DNA from: Escherichia coli
GTDB taxonomy: Bacteria > Pseudomonadota > Gammaproteobacteria > Enterobacterales > Enterobacteriaceae
NCBI RefSeq assembly: GCF_002854065.1
Contig: NZ_CP024147.1
Reading direction: 5' to 3' (one strand)
Length of the DNA: 64,000 nucleotides
Position 1 is the stretch's first letter. Each line of letters opens with the position of its first letter. Positions 33,256-50,054 of the stretch are shown one piece after another. Both the position numbers and the translations under genes were made by a program. The notes beneath the pieces were generated by a model that had not been told where the DNA came from, ran no database searches, and worked only from the letters and a program-made list of their open reading frames with translations.

Positions 33256-33339
33256 ATGGTGGGCCGTTATCGCTTTGAGTTCATTCTTATCATCCTTATT
33301 TTATGCGCACTGATTGCCGCTCGTTTTTATCTTTCCTGA
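33256..33339 (+). CDS. ydgU: small membrane protein YdgU (27 aa)
   Basis: MVGRYRFEFILIILILCALIAARFYLS with GGAGGG Shine-Dalgarno; below ORF-track cutoff. Confidence 0.6.
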   Translation: MVGRYRFEFILIILILCALIAARFYLS

Positions 33340-33438
33340 CTGTAGTTATCTGATTTTACTCCCACTTTCATCCCGTCCCGTCTATAGTATTTATGAGGGT
33401 TTGCTTTTAATAATCATAATTACCCACCAGAGTGTGAT

Positions 33439-34260
33439 ATGCGTACAACCATTGCTGTAGTGTTGGGTGCAATTAGTTTGACGTCTGCTTTTGTGTTTGC
33501 AGATAAACCAGACGTTGCCAAATCGGCAAACGATGAGGTCAGCACCCTGTTTTTTGGTCATGATGATCGTGTGCCAGTGAATGACACGACCCAATCACCG
33601 TGGGATGCGGTTGGGCAACTGGAAACGGCCAGCGGCAATTTATGTACGGCGACGCTGATTGCACCCAATCTGGCATTAACGGCAGGACACTGTTTATTGA
33701 CACCTCCAAAGGGTAAAGCCGATAAAGCAGTGGCGCTGCGTTTTGTGTCAAATAAAGGTCTTTGGCGCTATGACATCCACGACATAGAAGGCCGCGTTGA
33801 TCCGACACTGGGAAAGCGGTTAAAAGCAGATGGGGATGGTTGGATTGTACCTCCCGCAGCCGCGCCGTGGGACTTCGGATTGATTGTGCTACGTAATCCC
33901 CCTTCTGGCATTACGCCGTTGCCGTTATTTGAGGGAGATAAAGCCGCGCTTACCGCCGCATTAAAAGCGGCAGGTCGTAAAGTGACTCAGGCAGGATACC
34001 CTGAAGATCATCTCGATACGTTGTACAGTCATCAAAACTGTGAAGTGACTGGCTGGGCGCAAACGTCGGTGATGTCACATCAGTGCGATACCTTGCCGGG
34101 TGACAGCGGTTCGCCTCTGATGTTGCATACCGATGACGGCTGGCAATTAATTGGGGTGCAAAGTTCGGCTCCTGCCGCGAAAGATCGCTGGCGCGCCGAT
34201 AACCGGGCCATTTCTGTTACCGGTTTTCGCGACAAGCTGGATCAACTGTCGCAAAAATAA
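33439..34260 (+). CDS. ydgD: trypsin-like serine protease YdgD
   Basis: 273-aa ORF; signal peptide; TAGHC and GDSGSP motifs. Confidence 0.85.
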   Translation: MRTTIAVVLGAISLTSAFVFADKPDVAKSANDEVSTLFFGHDDRVPVNDTTQSPWDAVGQLETASGNLCTATLIAPNLALTAGHCLLTPPKGKADKAVALRFVSNKGLWRYDIHDIEGRVDPTLGKRLKADGDGWIVPPAAAPWDFGLIVLRNPPSGITPLPLFEGDKAALTAALKAAGRKVTQAGYPEDHLDTLYSHQNCEVTGWAQTSVMSHQCDTLPGDSGSPLMLHTDDGWQLIGVQSSAPAAKDRWRADNRAISVTGFRDKLDQLSQK

Positions 34261-34298
34261 TGTTCAAACGCTGCCCGACAGCGCGGGCAGCGTCTTCA

Positions 34299-34628
34299 TC
34301 AGGCAAGTTTCACCATGATCATTCCAGCCAACAGCAAGACCAGGCCAATCCAGCCTTTACGATTTAACCGTTGACCAAACAAGATCCAACCTGCGGCTAA
34401 CGTGGCGGCAATACCAAACCCGCCCCACAATGCATAAGCGACAGACAAGTCGATCCCTTTAACGGCCTGAGAAAGCGCACTAAAGGCAGCCAGCACCGCC
34501 GCAAGGGAGAGCAAGCCAAATATTTTGCGACGAAAGCCGTCAGAAAATTTCAAAAAGACGTTAGCAACGATTTCCAGCACGATTGCCAATGCCAGCCAGG
34601 CGGCGTGAACCCATTCAAACTGCGCCAT
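34299..34628 (-). CDS. mdtI: SMR-family spermidine exporter subunit MdtI
   Basis: 109-aa 4-TM ORF. Confidence 0.9.
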
Positions 34629-34980
34629 GGTTCACCTCCAGTTCAGGTTTACGCGCTTTACGGGTACCTGATTTTATCAACACAATCCCGGCGACCAGGG
34701 TGGTTAACCCGGCAATTTTCATCAGCGATAAACTTTCGTCGAATAACAAAACGCTAAACAAGGTAATAAATAAAATACCGATACCTTCCCACAGCGCATA
34801 AGCTACGCCTAAGGCGATTTTTTTAACGGCGAAAGAGAGAAATATATACGACAGAGAAATCATCACCAGCATTAAAATAAAGCCGCCATTTCCCTCACTG
34901 ACGCTCGCCCATTTCATGGACAGCGTACCGGTAATTTCTGTAGCAATAGCCAGACCTAATAAAATCCAATAAATATACAC
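34615..34980 (-). CDS. mdtJ: SMR-family spermidine exporter subunit MdtJ
   Basis: 121-aa ORF overlapping mdtI. Confidence 0.9.
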
Positions 34981-35391
34981 TGTCCTTCTCCTGCAAGAGA
35001 ATTATTTTAATTTTCGCTTAATTCAGCGAAACCAAAGTAAAGTGGTCAAGCCCCGCGCTTAGCGCAAGCTTTGGCAGAAGAAAGGACTAAAGCGCGTTGC
35101 GCCAGTGCTGCTCACCTACGAGCAAGATAGTGGATGAGGTACGAAGATGGGTAAATGTAGAAAATAACGTCCTGAACAAATTGTCCATAATATTACAATT
35201 ATCCGCAGTGTTGCTTCTCGTCATCGCGGATGATAATTGTCCTCGGTAGTTGAACACGCCTGATTTGTATCATAGCTTAAGAATTAACTCAAAATATTTT
35301 CACTTCTTTACCTGAGCGGTTTGATTTTCGTTATGATGACGGAGCGAAAAAGACATTATTATTAGCAAAGGAAGAAAAAACGGGGACAAGC

Positions 35392-36426
35392 ATGGCAAAG
35401 CCGATCATCACGCTCAATGGCCTAAAAATCGTCATTATGTTGGGAATGCTGGTCATTATTCTCTGCGGTATCCGTTTTGCCGCCGAGATCATCGTGCCGT
35501 TTATTCTCGCATTATTTATTGCTGTTATTCTTAACCCGCTGGTGCAACACATGGTCCGCTGGCGAGTGCCGCGTGTACTGGCGGTGTCGATTTTGATGAC
35601 CATCATCGTGATGGCGATGGTGTTGCTGTTAGCTTATCTGGGTTCCGCGCTCAACGAGTTGACGCGGACGTTACCGCAATATCGCAACTCTATTATGACG
35701 CCGCTGCAAGCTCTTGAACCGTTGTTGCAACGCGTAGGGATTGACGTCTCAGTTGACCAACTGGCGCATTACATTGATCCGAACGCGGCGATGACGTTGC
35801 TCACCAACTTATTGACGCAGTTATCTAATGCCATGTCATCAATATTTTTATTGCTGCTGACGGTGCTGTTTATGCTGCTCGAAGTGCCACAATTGCCCGG
35901 AAAATTTCAGCAAATGATGGCGCGTCCGGTTGAAGGGATGGCGGCGATTCAGCGTGCGATTGACAGTGTGTCTCATTATCTGGTGCTGAAAACAGCCATC
36001 AGCATCATCACCGGCCTGGTCGCATGGGCGATGCTCGCCGCCCTCGATGTTCGCTTCGCTTTTGTCTGGGGATTGCTGGCCTTTGCGCTTAATTACATCC
36101 CTAATATTGGTTCAGTTCTCGCAGCAATTCCCCCTATCGCTCAGGTACTGGTGTTTAATGGCTTCTACGAAGCGTTGTTGGTGCTGGCGGGATATCTGCT
36201 GATTAATCTGGTCTTCGGCAATATTCTGGAGCCACGCATCATGGGGCGTGGGCTGGGACTTTCCACATTGGTGGTATTTTTGTCGTTGATTTTTTGGGGA
36301 TGGTTGTTAGGACCGGTGGGTATGCTGCTTTCCGTGCCGTTAACAATTATTGTCAAAATTGCGCTTGAACAAACAGCGGGAGGTCAAAGCATCGCCGTTC
36401 TGTTAAGCGATCTCAATAAAGAGTGA
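35392..36426 (+). CDS. tqsA: AI-2 transport protein TqsA (YdgG)
   Basis: 344-aa polytopic ORF. Confidence 0.85.
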
Positions 36427-36447
36427 CGGCCTCCGCAGAGGCCGTCA
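36424..36447. terminator. bidirectional terminator hairpin
   Basis: TGACGGCCTC-CGCA-GAGGCCGTCA between convergent tqsA and pntB. Confidence 0.45.
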
Positions 36448-36450
36448 GGG

Positions 36451-37842
<1,392 letters not shown>

Positions 37843-37849
37843 TTACCCC

Positions 37850-39445
<1,596 letters not shown>

Positions 39446-39905
39446 TCATGTACGAGCTAAATGTTACTCCGTTAAAATAAATTAGTAACAAACGCCCTAT
39501 AACGTACTGAAAATTATGCCTGTGATCTAGCGCCAAAAATCAGTATTTCGGCGTGAACTCGCAAAATATTAACGATTCAGCCGTGATAGTGGGATAAACA
39601 CCTTAGAACGCCGGATAAAGACTGATAATTGTCTTCGACGGTCGGGTAAAACGAGACAACGCCCCGGCACGAATCACTACTTAACATTAAATTAACTTAT
39701 ACAATTCAGTTGCTTCAGTAGTATTGATGCTGATACGGCTGTTTTTTAAGCATAGACGGTCATTTGAGCAGGATTAAAATTGGTTTAAGGAATGTGATAT
39801 GAAAAATGACGCAGACAGTTACACCGTTTAAATGCAATAATCAGCCACGTTTCTCGTTAATAACAATACCAGTACCTGGTTTGCGCAAGGCGAAGGATTA
39901 TTTTT

Positions 39906-40850
39906 ATGAAGCTTAAGAACACCCTCCTGGCGTCGGCACTGCTTTCTGCTACGGCATTCTCCGTTAACGCAGCAACAGAACTGACACCGGAGCAAGCGGC
40001 AGCGGTTAAACCTTTTGACCGTGTAGTGGTTACCGGTCGTTTTAATGCTATTGGCGAAGCGGTGAAAGCCGTTTCTCGTCGCGCAGATAAAGAAGGTGCC
40101 GCCTCTTTTTATGTTGTCGACACTTCTGATTTTGGTAACAGCGGTAACTGGCGTGTGGTCGCTGACCTCTATAAAGCCGATGCTGAAAAAGCAGAAGAAA
40201 CAAGTAATCGCGTAATTAACGGTGTTGTCGAACTGCCGAAAGATCAGGCTGTTCTGATTGAACCGTTTGACACGGTCACCGTCCAGGGCTTCTATCGTAG
40301 CCAGCCAGAAGTCAATGATGCCATCACCAAAGCGGCAAAAGCGAAAGGTGCCTACTCTTTCTACATTGTTCGTCAAATCGATGCCAACCAGGGCGGCAAC
40401 CAGCGTATTACTGCATTCATCTATAAAAAAGATGCTAAGAAACGTATCGTCCAGAGCCCGGATGTGATCCCGGCAGATTCCGAAGCAGGACGTGCAGCTC
40501 TGGCTGCCGGTGGCGAAGCCGCGAAGAAAGTTGAGATCCCGGGTGTTGCGACTACCGCATCACCAAGTTCTGAAGTCGGTCGCTTCTTTGAAACCCAGTC
40601 ATCAAAAGGCGGGCGTTACACCGTCACGCTCCCGGATGGCACTAAAGTCGAAGAACTGAACAAAGCGACCGCAGCGATGATGGTCCCGTTCGACAGCATC
40701 AAATTCTCTGGCAACTACGGCAACATGACCGAAGTCTCCTATCAGGTTGCGAAACGTGCCGCGAAGAAAGGTGCTAAGTATTACCACATCACCCGCCAGT
40801 GGCAGGAACGTGGTAATAACCTGACCGTCAGCGCAGATCTGTATAAATAA
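39906..40850 (+). CDS. ydgH: DUF1471 periplasmic protein YdgH
   Basis: 314-aa ORF with signal peptide and internal repeats. Confidence 0.85.
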   Translation: MKLKNTLLASALLSATAFSVNAATELTPEQAAAVKPFDRVVVTGRFNAIGEAVKAVSRRADKEGAASFYVVDTSDFGNSGNWRVVADLYKADAEKAEETSNRVINGVVELPKDQAVLIEPFDTVTVQGFYRSQPEVNDAITKAAKAKGAYSFYIVRQIDANQGGNQRITAFIYKKDAKKRIVQSPDVIPADSEAGRAALAAGGEAAKKVEIPGVATTASPSSEVGRFFETQSSKGGRYTVTLPDGTKVEELNKATAAMMVPFDSIKFSGNYGNMTEVSYQVAKRAAKKGAKYYHITRQWQERGNNLTVSADLYK

Positions 40851-40868
40851 CTATTCAGTTACTCCTAT

Positions 40869-40900
40869 AAGGCGGCTTGATGCCGCCTTTCGCATTTTTA
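40869..40900 (+). terminator. rho-independent terminator
   Basis: AAGGCGGC-TTGAT-GCCGCCTT followed by TCGCATTTTT. Confidence 0.55.
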
Positions 40901-41035
40901 GTCACAAATTTCCCCGCGACCATTGCATGCAGACACATCTCTTCGTAAAATCCCGCGCTTCAGTGGCAAACTCCATTTTTATGCGTTTTGCCCTAATATT
41001 TATTCTTCTTATCACGTTTTAATCACTGGATATCG

Positions 41036-42418
41036 ATGGAAAAGAAACTGGGACTGAGCGCACTCACCGCGCTGGTATTAAGCTCAATGCTGGGCGCGGG
41101 TGTTTTCAGTCTGCCGCAAAATATGGCGGCAGTTGCCAGCCCGGCAGCACTGCTCATCGGCTGGGGTATTACTGGCGCTGGCATTTTATTGCTGGCCTTT
41201 GCCATGCTGATCCTCACGCGCATTCGTCCCGAACTTGACGGCGGTATCTTTACCTACGCCCGCGAAGGGTTTGGCGAGCTAATCGGCTTTTGTTCCGCAT
41301 GGGGATACTGGCTGTGCGCAGTCATCGCCAACGTCTCCTATCTGGTGATCGTTTTTTCCGCGTTAAGCTTTTTTACGGACACGCCGGAATTGCGCCTGTT
41401 TGGCGATGGTAATACCTGGCAATCGATAGTCGGTGCATCGGCTTTATTGTGGATTGTTCACTTTTTGATCCTGCGCGGGGTGCAAACCGCTGCCAGCATT
41501 AACCTGGTGGCGACACTGGCAAAATTGTTGCCGCTGGGTCTGTTTGTTGTGCTGGCGATGATGATGTTCAAACTGGATACCTTCAAGCTCGACTTCACCG
41601 GACTTGCACTTGGCGTACCTGTTTGGGAACAGGTGAAAAACACCATGCTGATCACCCTGTGGGTTTTCATTGGTGTGGAAGGTGCCGTGGTTGTTTCTGC
41701 GCGTGCGCGTAATAAACGTGATGTTGGCAAAGCGACACTGCTGGCGGTTCTCTCCGCTCTGGGCGTTTACTTGCTGGTAACGCTGCTTTCGCTGGGTGTG
41801 GTGGCACGTCCTGAACTGGCTGAAATTCGTAACCCATCAATGGCCGGTCTGATGGTGGAAATGATGGGACCATGGGGCGAAATCATCATCGCTGCCGGTT
41901 TGATCGTTTCCGTTTGCGGCGCGTACTTAAGCTGGACCATCATGGCGGCAGAAGTTCCGTTCCTGGCTGCCACTCATAAAGCATTCCCACGCATTTTTGC
42001 GCGCCAGAACGCACAAGCTGCGCCATCCGCCTCACTGTGGTTGACCAACATCTGCGTGCAAATTTGTCTGGTACTCATCTGGCTGACCGGTTCCGATTAC
42101 AACACGTTGCTGACCATCGCCTCAGAAATGATTCTGGTGCCCTATTTCCTGGTCGGCGCGTTCTTGCTGAAAATCGCAACCCGTCCACTGCATAAAGCGG
42201 TAGGTGTCGGTGCCTGCATTTATGGCTTATGGTTATTGTACGCCTCTGGTCCAATGCACTTGCTGTTATCCGTTGTTCTGTATGCACCGGGGCTGCTGGT
42301 TTTCCTGTATGCGCGCAAAACGCATACACATGATAATGTACTGAACCGTCAGGAAATGGTGCTGATTGGCATGCTGTTAATTGCCTCAGTTCCGGCGACC
42401 TGGATGCTGGTGGGATAA
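41036..42418 (+). CDS. ydgI: APC-family arginine:ornithine antiporter-like transporter YdgI
   Basis: 460-aa polytopic ORF. Confidence 0.8.
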   Translation: MEKKLGLSALTALVLSSMLGAGVFSLPQNMAAVASPAALLIGWGITGAGILLLAFAMLILTRIRPELDGGIFTYAREGFGELIGFCSAWGYWLCAVIANVSYLVIVFSALSFFTDTPELRLFGDGNTWQSIVGASALLWIVHFLILRGVQTAASINLVATLAKLLPLGLFVVLAMMMFKLDTFKLDFTGLALGVPVWEQVKNTMLITLWVFIGVEGAVVVSARARNKRDVGKATLLAVLSALGVYLLVTLLSLGVVARPELAEIRNPSMAGLMVEMMGPWGEIIIAAGLIVSVCGAYLSWTIMAAEVPFLAATHKAFPRIFARQNAQAAPSASLWLTNICVQICLVLIWLTGSDYNTLLTIASEMILVPYFLVGAFLLKIATRPLHKAVGVGACIYGLWLLYASGPMHLLLSVVLYAPGLLVFLYARKTHTHDNVLNRQEMVLIGMLLIASVPATWMLVG

Positions 42419-42454
42419 CGTTCATCCCATCGTTGGATAGTAAAGGAGATAACG

Positions 42455-43177
42455 ATGGGTAAAACCCAGCCCTTGCCAATATTAATTACTGGCGGAGGTC
42501 GTCGCATCGGCCTCGCCCTTGCATGGCATTTCATTAATCAAAAGCAACCGGTGATTGTCAGCTATCGGACACACTATCCAGCCATTGATGGACTGATTAA
42601 TGCAGGTGCGCAGTGTATTCAGGCTGATTTTTCGACCAACGACGGTGTGATGGCGTTTGCCGATGAAGTACTAAAAAGCACCCATGGTCTGCGTGCTATT
42701 TTGCATAACGCCAGTGCGTGGATGGCGGAAAAACCGGGTGCGCCACTGGCCGACGTACTGGCTTGCATGATGCAGATCCACGTTAATACCCCATACCTGC
42801 TCAACCATGCGCTGGAAAGATTACTGCGTGGGCACGGACACGCCGCCAGCGATATCATTCACTTTACCGATTATGTGGTGGAGCGCGGTAGCGACAAGCA
42901 TATTGCGTATGCTGCAAGCAAAGCGGCACTGGATAATATGACCCGCTCGTTTGCCCGCAAGCTGGCACCGGAAGTGAAAGTGAATTCTATTGCGCCATCG
43001 CTGATCCTGTTTAATGAACATGATGATGCCGAATATCGACAACAGGCGCTGAATAAATCACTGATGAAAACCGCGCCTGGCGAGAAAGAAGTGATCGACC
43101 TGGTCGATTACTTACTTACCAGTTGCTTTGTCACCGGACGCAGTTTCCCACTTGATGGCGGTCGTCATCTGCGTTAA
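42455..43177 (+). CDS. folM: dihydromonapterin reductase FolM (SDR)
   Basis: 240-aa ORF with Rossmann motif TGGGRRIG. Confidence 0.85.
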   Translation: MGKTQPLPILITGGGRRIGLALAWHFINQKQPVIVSYRTHYPAIDGLINAGAQCIQADFSTNDGVMAFADEVLKSTHGLRAILHNASAWMAEKPGAPLADVLACMMQIHVNTPYLLNHALERLLRGHGHAASDIIHFTDYVVERGSDKHIAYAASKAALDNMTRSFARKLAPEVKVNSIAPSLILFNEHDDAEYRQQALNKSLMKTAPGEKEVIDLVDYLLTSCFVTGRSFPLDGGRHLR

Positions 43178-43509
43178 TGCAGCTTTATCCAGCATATAAT
43201 CAACACCCATGCGCTTATCCCCCAACACGCAACAGAACCAACAAAAGCAGCGGGTAAGCGCATCATTCCGGTGAAATACCACAGTGACACCAGGTAAACA
43301 AAATAGGGAATAATCGACCACATGCTAAAAATGATGGTTGCACGCAAGGCTTCGATGCCACGTTCGCTGGCAACAATATAATGCGCGATGAGCGCAAAGG
43401 TCGGGAAAAGTGGAATCAGCCCGGCGATATAATAATTTTTCGTTTTTGCTAAAACACCAATCAACAGCACTACCAGCGCACCGAGCGCGGCTTTGATTAC
43501 CAGCCCCAT
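43174..43509 (-). CDS. ydgC: GlpM-family inner membrane protein YdgC
   Basis: 111-aa hydrophobic ORF. Confidence 0.8.
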   Translation of the reverse strand: MGLVIKAALGALVVLLIGVLAKTKNYYIAGLIPLFPTFALIAHYIVASERGIEALRATIIFSMWSIIPYFVYLVSLWYFTGMMRLPAAFVGSVACWGISAWVLIICWIKLH

Positions 43510-43637
43510 CTTTTTACCTTAACACTTCCATAACAAGTCATCAGTAGAATACCTGATGAAAACTTGTTTAGAAACGATTGATAGTAAGTAAAAACAGCGC
43601 GGTGTATTGTGACGTTTTTATATCTACCGTGAATGTT

Positions 43638-44357
43638 ATGAACACTATCGTATTTGTGGAAGATGATGCGGAAGTCGGTTCACTGATTGCCGCGTACCTG
43701 GCAAAACATGATATGCAGGTTACCGTAGAGCCGCGCGGCGACCAGGCCGAAGAAACCATTTTGCGAGAAAATCCGGATTTGGTGTTACTCGACATCATGC
43801 TACCAGGCAAGGACGGCATGACCATTTGTCGTGATTTACGCGCAAAGTGGTCCGGACCGATTGTTCTTCTAACCTCTCTCGATAGCGATATGAACCACAT
43901 CCTGGCACTGGAAATGGGTGCCTGCGACTATATTCTCAAAACGACGCCCCCTGCTGTTTTGTTAGCGCGTTTACGTTTGCATTTGCGTCAGAATGAGCAA
44001 GCCACACTGACCAAAGGTCTTCAGGAAACGTCTCTGACTCCCTACAAAGCCCTGCATTTCGGCACGTTGACCATCGATCCCATCAACCGCGTAGTCACCC
44101 TGGCTAACACTGAAATCTCGCTCTCGACAGCTGATTTCGAATTATTGTGGGAATTAGCTACCCATGCCGGGCAAATCATGGACCGCGATGCATTGCTGAA
44201 AAATTTACGCGGCGTCAGTTATGACGGACTGGATCGTAGCGTGGACGTGGCTATTTCGCGGTTAAGAAAAAAACTGCTCGATAACGCCGCAGAACCTTAT
44301 CGCATTAAAACTGTGCGTAACAAAGGCTATCTTTTTGCGCCTCATGCATGGGAATAA
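43638..44357 (+). CDS. rstA: two-component response regulator RstA
   Basis: 239 aa from MNTIVFVEDD; OmpR-family; ORF-track start is extended. Confidence 0.9.
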   Translation: MNTIVFVEDDAEVGSLIAAYLAKHDMQVTVEPRGDQAEETILRENPDLVLLDIMLPGKDGMTICRDLRAKWSGPIVLLTSLDSDMNHILALEMGACDYILKTTPPAVLLARLRLHLRQNEQATLTKGLQETSLTPYKALHFGTLTIDPINRVVTLANTEISLSTADFELLWELATHAGQIMDRDALLKNLRGVSYDGLDRSVDVAISRLRKKLLDNAAEPYRIKTVRNKGYLFAPHAWE

Positions 44358-44360
44358 GCG

Positions 44361-45662
44361 ATGAAAAAACTGTTTATCCAGTTTTACCTGTTATTGTTTG
44401 TCTGCTTCCTTGTGATGTCTCTGCTGGTTGGGCTGGTGTACAAATTTACCGCCGAACGCGCGGGCAAACAGTCGCTGGATGATTTGATGAACAGTTCGCT
44501 GTATCTGATGCGCAGCGAATTGCGTGAGATCCCCCCACACGACTGGGGTAAGACGCTGAAAGAGATGGATTTAAATCTCTCTTTCGATCTGCGTGTCGAG
44601 CCACTGAGTAAATACCATCTTGATGATATTTCCATGCACCGACTGCGTGGCGGCGAAATTGTCGCCCTGGACGATCAGTACACGTTTTTGCAGCGTATCC
44701 CGCGCAGCCACTACGTGCTGGCAGTTGGTCCTGTTCCTTATCTTTATTATCTCCATCAGATGCGATTGCTGGATATCGCCCTGATCGCTTTTATTGCTAT
44801 TTCCCTCGCCTTTCCGGTGTTTATCTGGATGCGTCCGCACTGGCAGGATATGTTAAAACTGGAAGCAGCGGCGCAACGATTTGGCGATGGGCATCTCAAT
44901 GAACGTATCCACTTTGATGAGGGTTCGAGCTTTGAACGACTTGGTATCGCATTTAACCAGATGGCGGACAATATCAACGCCTTGATTGCCAGCAAAAAAC
45001 AGCTTATTGACGGTATCGCTCACGAACTGCGAACACCGTTAGTGCGCCTGCGTTATCGACTGGAGATGAGCGATAACCTGAGCGCCGCCGAATCCCAGGC
45101 GTTGAATCGTGATATCAGTCAACTTGAAGCTTTAATTGAAGAGCTGCTGACTTATGCCCGACTCGATCGCCCACAAAACGAGCTTCATCTTAGCGAACCA
45201 GACCTGCCGTTGTGGCTATCAACGCATCTGGCAGATATTCAGGCAGTAACGCCCGATAAAACGGTACGGATAAAAACGCTCATGCAAGGCCATTATGCGG
45301 CGTTGGATATGCGCTTAATGGAGCGCGTGCTGGATAATTTGCTCAATAACGCCCTGCGCTACTGCCATTCAACGGTTGAAACCAGCCTGCTACTGTCGGG
45401 GAATAGAGCGACATTAATTGTTGAGGATGATGGCCCAGGGATTGCCCCAGAAAACCGCGAACATATCTTTGAACCTTTTGTTCGCCTCGATCCCAGCCGG
45501 GATCGCTCAACCGGCGGCTGCGGGCTGGGGCTGGCAATTGTCCACTCTATAGCACTGGCAATGGGCGGTACGGTTAATTGTGACACCAGCGAACTGGGTG
45601 GTGCCCGCTTCTCGTTTAGCTGGCCGTTATGGCATAACATCCCGCAATTTACCTCTGCTTGA
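44361..45662 (+). CDS. rstB: two-component sensor histidine kinase RstB
   Basis: 433-aa ORF with HAMP and H-box (HELRTP). Confidence 0.9.
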   Translation: MKKLFIQFYLLLFVCFLVMSLLVGLVYKFTAERAGKQSLDDLMNSSLYLMRSELREIPPHDWGKTLKEMDLNLSFDLRVEPLSKYHLDDISMHRLRGGEIVALDDQYTFLQRIPRSHYVLAVGPVPYLYYLHQMRLLDIALIAFIAISLAFPVFIWMRPHWQDMLKLEAAAQRFGDGHLNERIHFDEGSSFERLGIAFNQMADNINALIASKKQLIDGIAHELRTPLVRLRYRLEMSDNLSAAESQALNRDISQLEALIEELLTYARLDRPQNELHLSEPDLPLWLSTHLADIQAVTPDKTVRIKTLMQGHYAALDMRLMERVLDNLLNNALRYCHSTVETSLLLSGNRATLIVEDDGPGIAPENREHIFEPFVRLDPSRDRSTGGCGLGLAIVHSIALAMGGTVNCDTSELGGARFSFSWPLWHNIPQFTSA

Positions 45663-45704
45663 CACTACGCGCACGGTGGTCAAGTCACCACCACTGTGCT
45701 ATAA

Positions 45705-48067
<2,363 letters not shown>

Positions 48068-48180
48068 GGCCTGCTCCTCACCTGATTAATTTTTTCTTTC
48101 TGCTTTGCTTTCGTTAAGCAACTTTTAGCTCACTCATTATTTACCATTTGATAACAAATGTTTGGTCTTTCGTGCCATAT

Positions 48181-48204
48181 AAAAAAAACGCCCCGAAGGG
48201 CGGC
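48181..48204 (-). terminator. rho-independent terminator downstream of fumA
   Basis: Minus strand CCGCCC-TTCG-GGGCG followed by T8. Confidence 0.6.
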
Positions 48205-48209
48205 TCTGT

Positions 48210-49856
48210 TTATTTCACACAGCGGGTGCATTGTGTGAGTTGTATCTGCTGGAAGAAGTCATTTCCTTTATCATCCACAAGGATAAACGCCGGGAAATCT
48301 TCCACTTCAATTTTCCAGATGGCTTCCATTCCCAGTTCCGGATATTCAACACATTCCAGGCTCTTAATACTTCCCTGCGCCAATACAGCGGCCGGACCAC
48401 CGATACTGCCAAGGTAGAAGCCGCCGTGTTTTTTACAGGCATCCGTCACCTGCTGGCTGCGGTTGCCTTTCGCCAGCATGATCATACTTCCGCCCTGCGC
48501 TTGCAGTTGATCGACATAAGAATCCATCCGTCCGGCGGTCGTTGGGCCAAGAGAACCGGAGGCATAACCTTCCGGCGTTTTGGCCGGACCCGCGTAGTAA
48601 ATCGGATGATCTTTAATGTACTGCGGCAGCCCTTCACCGTTATCCATCCGCTCTTTCAGTTTGGCGTGAGCAATATCACGACCGACGATAATCGTGCCGT
48701 TAAGCGATAAGCGTGTAGAAACGGGATACTGCGACAACTGTGCGAGGATCTCTTTCATCGGACGGTTAAGGTCAACGCGCACCGCTTCGCCTTCTCCCGC
48801 TTTGCGCAGCTCTTCCGGGATATATTTGCCTGGATTATGTTCCAGTTTTTCGATCCAGATCCCCTGACGGTTGATCTTCGCTTTGATATTACGGTCAGCA
48901 GAGCAGGAGACGCCCATACCGACCGGGCAGGATGCGCCGTGACGTGGCAGGCGAATCACGCGGATGTCGTGAGCGAAGTATTTACCACCAAACTGCGCAC
49001 CCAGACCAAGATTTTGCGCTTCGATCAGCAATTCTTTTTCCAGTTCCACATCGCGGAACGCCTGACCGTGCTCATTCCCTTCCGTTGGCAGTTCATCATA
49101 GTATTTCGCGGAAGCCAGTTTCACCGTTTTAAGGTTCGTTTCTGCAGAAGTTCCACCAATAACGAACGCAATATGATACGGAGGACAGGCCGCCGTACCC
49201 AGCGTGCGCATCTTCTCAACCAGGTAATTTTTCAGTTTCCCCGGCGTCAGTAACGCTTTGGTTTCCTGATAGAGATACGTCTTGTTTGCCGAACCACCAC
49301 CTTTGGCGATACAGAGGAATTTGTATTCGTCGCCATCAACGGCATAAAGATCGATCTGCGCTGGCAGATTGGTGCCGGTATTCACTTCTTTATACATATC
49401 CAGCGGCGCGTTTTGCGAGTAGCGCAGATTATCTTCGATATAAGTGTTATAGACACCGCGCGCCAGCGCCGCTTCATCACCACCACCGGTCCATACACGC
49501 TGCCCTTTTTTACCAACAATAATCGCGGTGCCGGTATCCTGACAGGTTGGCAGAACGCCTTTCGCCGCGATGTCGGAGTTACGCAGGAATTGCAGCGCCA
49601 CATATTTATCATTTTCGCTGGCCTCCGGGTCACGCAGAATGTCGGCCACCTGTTGTTGGTGAGCCGGACGCAGCATAAACGACGCATCATGAAACGCCTG
49701 ACGCGCCAACAGAGTTAACGCTTCGGGTGCGACTTTCAAAATCTCCTGCCCTTCAAATTCAGATACGCTAACGTGTTCGCTGGTTAGCAGGTAATACTCA
49801 GTATCATCTTTTTTGAGTGGAAAAGGAGCCTGATAATGAAAGGGTTTGTTTGACAT
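48210..49856 (-). CDS. fumA: fumarate hydratase class I (Fe-S)
   Basis: 548-aa ORF. Confidence 0.9.
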   Translation of the reverse strand: MSNKPFHYQAPFPLKKDDTEYYLLTSEHVSVSEFEGQEILKVAPEALTLLARQAFHDASFMLRPAHQQQVADILRDPEASENDKYVALQFLRNSDIAAKGVLPTCQDTGTAIIVGKKGQRVWTGGGDEAALARGVYNTYIEDNLRYSQNAPLDMYKEVNTGTNLPAQIDLYAVDGDEYKFLCIAKGGGSANKTYLYQETKALLTPGKLKNYLVEKMRTLGTAACPPYHIAFVIGGTSAETNLKTVKLASAKYYDELPTEGNEHGQAFRDVELEKELLIEAQNLGLGAQFGGKYFAHDIRVIRLPRHGASCPVGMGVSCSADRNIKAKINRQGIWIEKLEHNPGKYIPEELRKAGEGEAVRVDLNRPMKEILAQLSQYPVSTRLSLNGTIIVGRDIAHAKLKERMDNGEGLPQYIKDHPIYYAGPAKTPEGYASGSLGPTTAGRMDSYVDQLQAQGGSMIMLAKGNRSQQVTDACKKHGGFYLGSIGGPAAVLAQGSIKSLECVEYPELGMEAIWKIEVEDFPAFILVDDKGNDFFQQIQLTQCTRCVK

Positions 49857-50054
49857 TGTTCTCTCACTTACTGCCTGGTTTGGTTATGCTCTGGGCGGGT
49901 GTTCCGTTGCCCTGTTAAAAGCGAGTAACAATATCCTACACACTTTTTTAACAAAAACTGAGACTAGTACGACTTTTTGCGGCTCCAGGTTACTTCCCGT
50001 AGGATTCTTGCTTTAATAGCGGGATTAATTTCCACATTAAAACAGGGATTGATC

